The notes under the pieces: generated by a model
What the model was told of the DNA's origin: nothing
Databases searched by the model: none
Seen by the model: the letters and a program-made list of their open reading frames with translations, nothing else
Shown here: in pieces, positions 50,939 to 64,000 of the stretch
Layout: each line of letters opens with the position of its first letter
Position numbering within the stretch: position 1 is the first letter of the stretch
Translations under genes and position numbers: made by a program
Assembly: GCA_900617105.1 (NCBI GenBank)
Contig: UYFQ01000788.1
Location: 1 to 64,000, forward strand
Length of the DNA: 64,000 nt
Direction of reading: 5' to 3'
Origin: Hydrurus foetidus
Lineage: Eukaryota

Positions 50939-51674
50939 CCCAGTGCTGTCAAAAAGTCCGCACAGTGTCAAAAAGTCCGCACGGTCACTTTAGCCCCGAT
51001 AACTCCATAAATAAATTTCAAAAAACACTTCGGAAAATTGCTTTCATGTAATTTGATAGTGCTTTCCGTGAATCCGAAATAAAAAAAGTCCAAAAGTAAT
51101 TTTATTCCACTGACGTTTCCTCACCTCAATATTCGCTTTTCCCAAATTTGACCAAACCTGTTTTTAGAAAAAGATAGGATATTCATCAAGTCAAGAATAC
51201 TTAACTTAGTATGGAACCGCGAGGGTTTGACTTGAAACGGAGGATTTCTCGAGATACAATGACTTCAGTCGTAAATCGAGGTGTTTCCCCACGGAATCGG
51301 TGAAAAATCACACCCGAAAACCGTTAAAACACCTCGATTTACGACTGAAGTCATTGTATCTCGAGAAATCCTCCGTTTCAAGTCAAACCCTCGCGGTTCC
51401 ATACTAAGTTAAGTATTCTTGACTTGATGAATATCCTATCTTTTTCTAAAAACAGGTTTGGTCAAATTTGGGAAAAGCGAATATTGAGGTGAGGAAACGT
51501 CAGTGGAATAAAATTACTTTTGGACTTTTTTTATTTCGGATTCACGGAAAGCACTATCAAATTACATGAAAGCAATTTTCCGAAGTGTTTTTTGAAATTT
51601 ATCCATGGAGTTATCGGGGCTAAAGTGACCGTGCGGACTTTTTGACACTGTGCGGACTTTTTGACAGCACTGGG
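50939..51674. mobile_element. 736-bp foldback (long inverted-repeat) non-autonomous DNA element
   Basis: 348-bp arms (50939-51286, 51327-51674) that are near-perfect reverse complements, with a 40-bp spacer. Termini CCCAGTG...CACTGGG, AT on both flanks, tandem subterminal TGTCAAAAAGTCCGCAC. Confidence 0.85.
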
Positions 51675-52502
51675 ATCGCATTCACGGAAAAGCATTGCTC
51701 TTCAAGTGTAGAAATTGGCTTCGATGATGTCCAACATCCCGCAAGAAGTGAAGCACAGGAAAGTCTGTCAGTCAATGTCGAATATAATCGCGTGCAAATG
51801 ACGATTACATTATTGTGATGTACAATAGTGTACTGGACTGTCACGCCATGGTCATCACCGTCTCACAAGAATCACATTTGATCAAAATCTAGATACGGAT
51901 TTGCAGTTAAGCCTTGCCGAAAGCAAATACCATTTTCGTGCTTGTACAGCGGCCCTCACCTTTAAGCGACAATGCTGGGTGAGGAACCACATAGCACAGT
52001 TGTGAGATCTTAATGTATCCTAAATCAACCTTTTAATAATTGACAACAATGGAGTATACCATGACGAACAAGTGTTGCCAAACTTTAGTTTTTGGTTGAG
52101 TTTATCCATTTTCCGTTTACAGTTACAATTAAATTATATTATACCGGAATCTCAAGGCTTGAAGAGCGAGCTCCTCGCGGACAATTCAAGCATGGATGAA
52201 AAAGAAAATTCGTTGTTCAGTAACCCTTACAGAGCGCAACAATAATAAAATTCCCTCACATTGGAATTTTCAATGATTAAGTGTGGAGGGTTTTACGTGT
52301 ACAATATAATACATGATGATTAATTATTCGCACTGACGAGGTAAATAATTGAGAAACTTTATATGAAACATTTTCTTGCAAATATAGAGTGATAAGCGTT
52401 GTTCTCAGCGGATATTTCCGAGTACGAAAATATTCCCGATTATGTGTGACCAATATAATATATACATCAGTATAAATATGAATAAAAATCAAATCAAAAA
52501 TT

Positions 52503-55500
52503 TCATCTGTCAGCATCTCGAACAAGACTAGCCAGTATTTTTCTTTTTCCCTCGAATGGCCTTCTTGAGTGCATAACAGTCCTGTTATCGATCAAAATCA
52601 CATCCCCTTTCTGCCATTTGAAGGCTACGCATATCTCGTCCTACAGTAAACACGGAAAGTGGAAATATAAACGAAAATAGAATTATGAAAAAACTGCTAT
52701 TTTGTAGATGTATGTAATTCGGTATTCTGTCGATAATTGATTTTGTAGAACACATCAAACGCACATAAAACATATACATAAAGTATCTACATAAAATGCA
52801 GACATGAAATGTGTACACGAAATGTATCAACAAATAACAAATATCACTACTTTAAAGCACCATCTAAGTTAAGGCAGAACATGCAACAAAAGCAGAACAG
52901 AGGAGAGAGCTCACCATAATCTTGACAGCGTCTTGAATAACGATGGGATCGATGAGCTGACCGTTGCCCAGCAGCACGGCTTGACTCCCAACATTCAAAT
53001 TGTCATTCCAACCTATGCGAGATGAGAGCGATATATTGTAGATGTTGTTATTAAGTGTTAGATGAGCTGTATTACATTGATACTTTCTATGTCAAGTTGA
53101 GTACCGATAAGGTATAATGACAATAAAGTGTAAAACAATGAAGGCAAGATTCACAATGTTGATGATAAGGTTTGTAACATGACATCACATAATTAGAAAC
53201 AGTAATAACGCTATTCAAAACAAGAAGAAGAATTGAGAAAAAATGGCAAAAAACGAGAATAATAACATTTACCTGTAAAAGCTGCCACAACAGAGTTGAA
53301 AAAGTTTTTAGTATTAGATCTTTTCTCTCCTCCATCAAACCGAATCGCTGGTAGCACTTTCGTGACCGTTTTTAGTACTCCATTCGGTAGCCATTCAAAA
53401 GTGGATTGAGAAGCCCTGAGAGCTGTCTCGACTTCAGCTGATAAGAGAGAGAGAATTGTGATTTTGTTACTTTTTTTCAATTTGATGTAGTTCCATTCCT
53501 ATGACAGAATTGCGACACAATACAATACAATACAACATAACATAACAAATTAGGAGTCCAAACCCACGTTCTTTATTAATTGAATTTCTGATCATCTCAT
53601 CTAAAATATAGACGTGTAAGTACATACCTTGTGTGGTTGCCGAGTACGTGCTGGCCCACCCCCTTCCTATGGCGGAAGAGGGATCATCTTCTCGGGACAT
53701 GAAACGCACGTACTGCACCTGAGATACAAACATGTTACTCCGTGTTAATTGTTATATTCTGACCTATTTTACCTGTATATTGACCAAAAACATTTTTTTA
53801 TTGAAAATATATGCATAGACTTGATTTGAGCACTAGTATGTGTATTTACTTTCGATTATTGTTATATTCTTATATTGTTGCCGTCATTCATTGTTATCAG
53901 TTTCATTATCAAAAAGTTGCAGTCAGGCCAGTAATGTACTTCACTCTTCATTTCTGTTTTTCCTCTCCTTTGACCTAATAATGGTTCCGTCAAATCGGAG
54001 AGACATCATTTCAACACAACTCCCAAAACAACATGATAAAAGATAAGATAAATTTGATCACAAATTCAAAAATGTAGGCACGCAAAAAGGAAAATATGAT
54101 GTACAGAAATTTCTTTTGATGATCTTCTTGTTTAATTCCAAAAAGAATTCACACAATATTTCAGAAAATATTGGAAAAAGAAAAAAAGAAATTGATAAAA
54201 ATTGATGTGTGAATCATAGAAGCTTGAAATTCTTTTACTTGCAAAAAATTTCAAATGAACAAGTCAGTCTCCTCGTACTCTAGCTCTTACTCCGTGTGTT
54301 TGCAAGTCTTCCATGAAAGTTGGATGGAGAGATTCCAGTCTGCGACACACTTCGGAAGATTCTAAGATAGGAGTCTATCATAGGATGCAATAGAACGGAA
54401 GGGAATGAAGAGGAATGAAATGGAATGAAATAAAAGGAAATAGTGGAGTTAAGAGGCAAGTGGAAGTAAAGTTGGGAAGTGAGTAAGGAAGTAAAAGATA
54501 AGTTTGTGACAGAAAATAAAGTCGGGAAGGTGATTTAAATTGCTGTGGTTGAGGGAATATATTGGAGTGTGTGTTAACCACTTATTGACATGTCTATCAC
54601 AAGACAGATCATTTCATGAAAATCTGTACACACTTGAGATGGCATTATATGACACGATATAAAATGACATGACACAAGATAATGTGATGCAACATGTCAC
54701 GACACATCATGAAATAACTTGAAATAACACAACATCACTTTACACAAGATAAGACAAGATAACACAATCGAGCTTACCTCTCCCCCGTCTCCAGGAGGTA
54801 CTTCGCAGTAGAAGAAGAGGTGGGTGGGCGGTTCGGGCACCTACAGCAATAGAAAGAGAAAAGAAAAAAAGAAGTGTGACATATTTCAAATCTGTGCTAT
54901 TGAAGTGAATTCTTAGACTCCCATTAGAATGCTAATTGCGTTTCGAATATCCAATGACGCACTCCAGGTCTGTGGCTAAGAAGTGAGTTCTAAATTCTCT
55001 ATCCCTACTGACTACTGCAGACTCTCGTTATCGTATTATAATGTGTCGAAACTATCATAAGCTTGTAGCCTCTCTGGAAGCAACGTATCAAAAGGGACAA
55101 AACTGACGACATTATGTCTGCCAGAATTAAAAATAGTCTACTATACCGGCGGTGATTGTGTTCTTATGGCGCATTGCATTGCATGATATTGTATTCAAAG
55201 CTATTGTACCTGAGACATTTCATGATGGAAGGGAATCTTCTCGGAAGAAGGCGATTCGTTCGCTGTGAAAACGTTCTCTGTTATTTGAGTCCTAACAGCG
55301 GCACCACCTTCGTAGATCAAAATGTTGATTATCCGAGAGAAAGACTCGTTGCTGTCATCAGTGGGAACACAGTGTTTGTGAGATATTAGATACCTATGTA
55401 TTTCATTCCTTTGAGCTTCGTAGATTTGATAACGGTATCGAAGTCGAAAGCGGAGTCGATAGGAAAATCCCTAAATAGTATTGCGCCGTGCTTCAGCAGA

Positions 55501-55721
55501 AGATCATCGATTTCGGATCTGTTAGCCTCAATCCACTTCGTGAACAGATCTAGCTTCTGGACGGAGACTGTATTGCTCGGTCGCACTAGAAGAGGAAATG
55601 CCTTCCCTGAAAAAGATTTCCCTTCAGAAGGATGCGAAAAAGTTACAAACGGACTTCCTATAACGGTCTCTTCCATCTCGCATATAGTCGCAGTTGGTCC
55701 GTCCAGAAAAGTGGTAGACAT
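52503..55721 (-). CDS. Clavaminate-synthase-like / TauD-family Fe(II)-2OG dioxygenase (multi-exon)
   Basis: KHGAILFRDFP, GGAAVRTQITENVFTANESP...IPFHHEMSQ, HLFFYCEVPP..GGETP, FFNSVVAA, QKGDVILIDNRTVMHSRRPFEGKRKILASL. Confidence 0.92.
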
Positions 55722-56267
55722 GAGATGAAGAGTACAGAAGGCGTTAAGTCGGCGCACTTCTATCACAGAGAGGATGAGTCCGTGTTGAAAAAGCAGCGTC
55801 TAATATAGCCGGTAGCAGAGGAAGGACGACACAAGAATCGACGATGGAGAGTGTTGGTCAAGAGAATCGAAATCAGTGAAACTCGGAAGCAACGTTACTA
55901 AAGAATAAAAGCCAGCAAAGATAAGTAATGATTCCACAGGACGGCACGCGTTTAAAGGAGACTTTTTAAGACGACAGCAATGTTCCGCAACGCTACAGCC
56001 TCAGAAATAAAGTGCTGTGCTGAGAGGAATGAGGGTCGAAGAACAGTAGGAAGTGGTAATGTTCAGATTTCAGATTACCGAGAGGAGTATTTTGGTGACA
56101 GCAATTAATGGCGTACTATAATTTTGGTCTGCCCAAAACATCGAATATGACGGCAGCCGGCATCATCTATCAAAACAGAGACTTGGCAATACGTTTCAAA
56201 ATTGACAACGAACGTCCCAACTGACGAGTGAAACCAGCACGGAGAAGTAATTTTTTTGAGCTCTAGC

Positions 56268-58759
56268 ATGGTGCAAATTTTTATTGAGGGATGCGATCGA
56301 CTAGTCACACTAAGAATCCCGGAGTCTGATGGAAACGAGAATTACAGTCATCGCGATCTGACGGAGGCTATTGCGTCATCATTTGGCATATCTGCAACTA
56401 GCTTTTATGTGACAACGAAAGGAGGGAAACCGCTTACATCCACCGCGGATGTAGCCTTAATAGATAATAGCACACTGTCCTTGAAGTTTAGACTTTGCGG
56501 AGGTATAGATTTCCAGCATAGAGAGGGCTCTAAAATTGGAGGCGGAGGTAGGATCAGCTTCTTCACAAAAGAATTGTCTGCAATCTGATTCAGAGTCTGC
56601 GGACCATCTGTGCAGTAGAGCCCAAACATATGATAGCTCCTGAAGGAGGAATGAGAAATGAAGCAACAGACTTGACATGTTCACTAATCAATCCCAACGA
56701 CTACTTGATCACCACTTAGGTCAGCTGTCAGACTCCCAGGCGTCAGTAGAGCGCAGGGAGAGGCTTCGGAAACTCGCGTTGGAGACGATAGATATTAGTA
56801 AAGATCCATATTTTATGCGAAACCACTTGGGAAGTTACGAATGCAAATTGTGTCTGACTCTACACAATAATGAAGGTGATAACTGAAAGCTTTTCCATGT
56901 TCCTGAGACTAGCTCACTATTTGAAGCATATCTTGAATTATGGAGAGGCAACACAGACGAAGTGAGCGTGTAAAATGTAATGCTCAACAAACGAAAATCA
57001 CGAAATTGTACCTTGAGTAGTTAGTTAATGTAATGATTCCCAGTGCAATTTAGTGACTTTCAGAGCACGAGGAATCCTCGGCATACTCATCGATTCTGAT
57101 TATCTATTTTGTGATTACCAGTGATGCAGAATTGTCAGTGGTTTTACGTAGCTGTTGAGCAGTGCGGTTACTCGAGATACATCAAGTCTGTACTGAGCTT
57201 TGAGCTCAATCAGTACCTCTCCATCATGCTCATTATTTGGGACCGCATAATTGATAACTGCACTTCACATCACTTTGCATTACATGACAGGCAATTACTT
57301 GGCGCACACACAGGCCAAAAGACATCAATCGAATCTGGTTAGTCCCTTATTTACTCCTCTAACCTCTCGTCACATCATCGGTCATTTGCCTACCCTCCCT
57401 TTTCATTTGGGTTATGCTCCGTTTTATTGGCCATCGTCTTATTCACTCTCTTTATCTTTTATTAAACTTTAAGTCATAATGTATTTTTTATTCTAAAAAC
57501 ATACAACCCTCTGACTCTTCACAAATCAAACCTAACATGATTTTAACTTTTGCTCCAACAATAACATAATTTCAACCTCCATTCCATCCCTATAGGGACG
57601 CAGAGCGGCAATGGAGGCAAAGAACGCAGCACCCAGAGCAATGGTAACGAAGGAAGTGGCAGTAAGGAGGGTCATAAAAATCGGTAGACCCGGCTACAAG
57701 GTGAGAGTAGTGAGGGGGGAGGAGACGGGTAGGGGAAATGGTCGTTAGAAAAAAACAGAGAGTGGAAAAGTGTCGCGGTAGGCGAATGAAGAGAAGAAGA
57801 ATAGATATATAGATGTTTGGCGTACAGACAGTGAGAAAGACATAGAAAGGAAGAAAAGACGAGACACTCTTTCCCCCTCTCACTCCTCTCTCCCCACTTA
57901 TCCCCTTCTCGTCCCCCCCACCCCCTCCTCTTCTCCCTTACTCACCCTCTCATCCCCCCAACCCCCTTAGCATTCTTACCCCCACCTCTCCTTCCAATCA
58001 CTGTACCCCTACCTTCCTATCCCCACTTCTCATCACCTTGTCCCCCTTCTCTCCCCCCTCCCCTCCTACTCCCTTTCTTCCTCCCTTCCCCAGGTCACGA
58101 AGTCCCGAGCAGCCGTTACTCTTCAGCGCTCTCTGACCTTCGAGGTGGACTACCCGGATGCAGAGGGGGACCTACAGCCGAGACACAGGTAAGTCAATCA
58201 GCCAATATAATAGATAGAAGACAGAGGGAAGAGGGAAGTGTTTGTCATTTGTATTGCTGTCTGGAATCACTTAAGGTTGAAATGCATCTCTGTTGCGCTT
58301 CTCTGTGATGGAGGATCGTGCCTCTATCACAAGTCTCGGCGTTTTTAATCTGGTACCAGCACACCACACAACAAGAACACCACACCACACAACACAGCAC
58401 AACACAACAAGAACACAGCACAACACAACACGCAGCGTTTTCATCGAACTAACCGTCGAAATGTTATCACTTCTTAATATAAATCGGAACCTAGTGTTGG
58501 CATTTTTCGTCCTTCTCAATGATTAATTTTCTGTATTTTAATTTTCAGATTTATGAGTGCGTACGAACAAAAAGTTGAAACACCGGATAAGAACTTTCAA
58601 TTCCTGCTTTTCGCTTGTGATCCGTATGAGACGATAGCATTCAAAATACCAAATCAACCAGTGGATAAAAGAGAAGGAAAATTCTACACAAATTGGGATG
58701 CAAAAAATAAGAAATTTGTTTTGACTTTGTTTTTCTTGGACGCCGTTCCGGGAAGATAA
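56268..58759 (+). CDS. SF3A2: Splicing factor 3a subunit 2 (SF3a66/Prp11) fused to an N-terminal ubiquitin-like domain (exons 56268-56547, 56720-56875, 57291-57337, 57596-57700, 58094-58188, 58549-58759)
   Basis: DFQHREGSKIGGGG...RRERLRKLALETIDISKDPYFMRNHLGSYECKLCLTLHNNEGNYLAHTQAKRHQSNL...KIGRPGYKVTK...PRHRFMSAYEQKVE...PYETIAFKIP. The preceding 79 aa end in FRLCGG. Confidence 0.95.
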
Positions 58760-59765
58760 ATTTTTGACGAATTTTTTGTTTTACGGATTTATTTTTCTAT
58801 CGATATAGAATGTTTAGGAAAATAATCGCTTCAGATTTTCTTCATGAAGAGGGAATATTGAATTTGGTTGTTTGAGACACTCCTGGACTAAAAACTGAAT
58901 TGACTTTTTTTGGAATCAAATAAGAAAAATATTTATCTATTCGCATTTTATTTTCAGTTCATCAAAGGTGACAAATTCGTTGTAAAAATCTCAAACTGAA
59001 ATGATATCAGTGACTCAGACTTTGTTAATAACGAGGGAGTGGCAGTTTTACAGAATGCCAGTTAGTCGCAATTTTGAATTATTCATATCATCTCAATAGA
59101 CCACGTCTTGCATCTTGGAAATCCACTTTAATCTGAATTCAGCAAACTTCAAGGTGACGAAACTTTCAATCCTTTTGTCTTACCTCAGTAAGTACTATGC
59201 GTGCCCATAATGAAGAAAATTACTCCTGTATTCCATTTGATCTCCATCCTTCGTATTCAAAAATCCAAAAACCCCACACGACTTTGATAAAGAAAAAACA
59301 CCATACTAATACACTTCATCCCATGTGGAGCATTGCAGTCACTCTTGCCATTTGACCGACTCAAGAATGATTTTTTTTAATGCTGTAAAAAATGTAAAAT
59401 CTATCGGGAAAATGGAGTCGAAAAATGTAATTTAATCAGGTATATTTATACAAAAGGAGAAAAAGTGATTATGAGTATTAATAGAAATCGCAAAATTTGC
59501 AAAAGCAATGTAATGTATTGTCGAATTCACAGCTAAACAGAAAAATCCTTTTTCGTCGATAAAAATGACCGCTGAGAGTAAGATATGCATCAAGAAAATC
59601 TTCAAAAGTGCTGTTTTGTTTTGACTTCGACAATAAGTCATGTAGTGGGATATCACATAAAACATTGTCAAGTTCAAAATCTTGATCGTGATTTAAATAT
59701 TTTACTGCCAGATATTAAAAAAAAATCTATATGACGTTTTGTAGCATTTTATTTTAGATTCCTGA

Positions 59766-63900
<4,135 letters not shown>

Positions 63901-64000
63901 TTCGTTATTATAAACTGAAAAACTGTGGTCAATAGATCGACACAGTCCAGAGATTAATTGTGCTCTGAATAACGTATCTCGACAGTTGAGCTCAGAGCTG

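Overview
Gene-dense, intron-containing eukaryotic nuclear DNA (GT-AG introns). It is most likely from a plastid-bearing stramenopile/ochrophyte alga, because several genes carry bipartite signal+transit presequences with Phe after the predicted signal cleavage site. About 20 host genes were assembled by eye: Ddi1-like aspartyl protease, DUF1365, mitochondrial carrier, CRIPT, START protein, Ycf23, PRMT10-like, ICMT/PEMT-like, CREST membrane protein, OTU protease, PDZ protein, FKBP, U1A/U2B''-like RRM, DUF6817-like, GARP/Myb TF, XRN exoribonuclease, GST, CAS/TauD dioxygenase, SF3A2 and MYST HAT. Mobile DNA comprises an apparently complete two-gene PIF/Harbinger transposon (36035-40753, TTA TSD) with a Tourist-like MITE stacked at the same TTA, a 736-bp near-perfect foldback element, a small intronic hairpin, and the 5' end of a psq-HTH (pogo-like) gene at the left edge. 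The most unusual observations are: (1) SF3A2 fused behind an Sde2-like ubiquitin-fold domain ending in RLCGG, with the usual start Met replaced by Ile, suggesting a proteolytically activated splicing factor; (2) an XRN 5'-3' exoribonuclease with intact catalytic motifs and an apparent plastid-targeting presequence replacing its start Met; (3) a signal-peptide-bearing Ddi1-like protease. All gene models are manual and exon boundaries are approximate; no searches were run.
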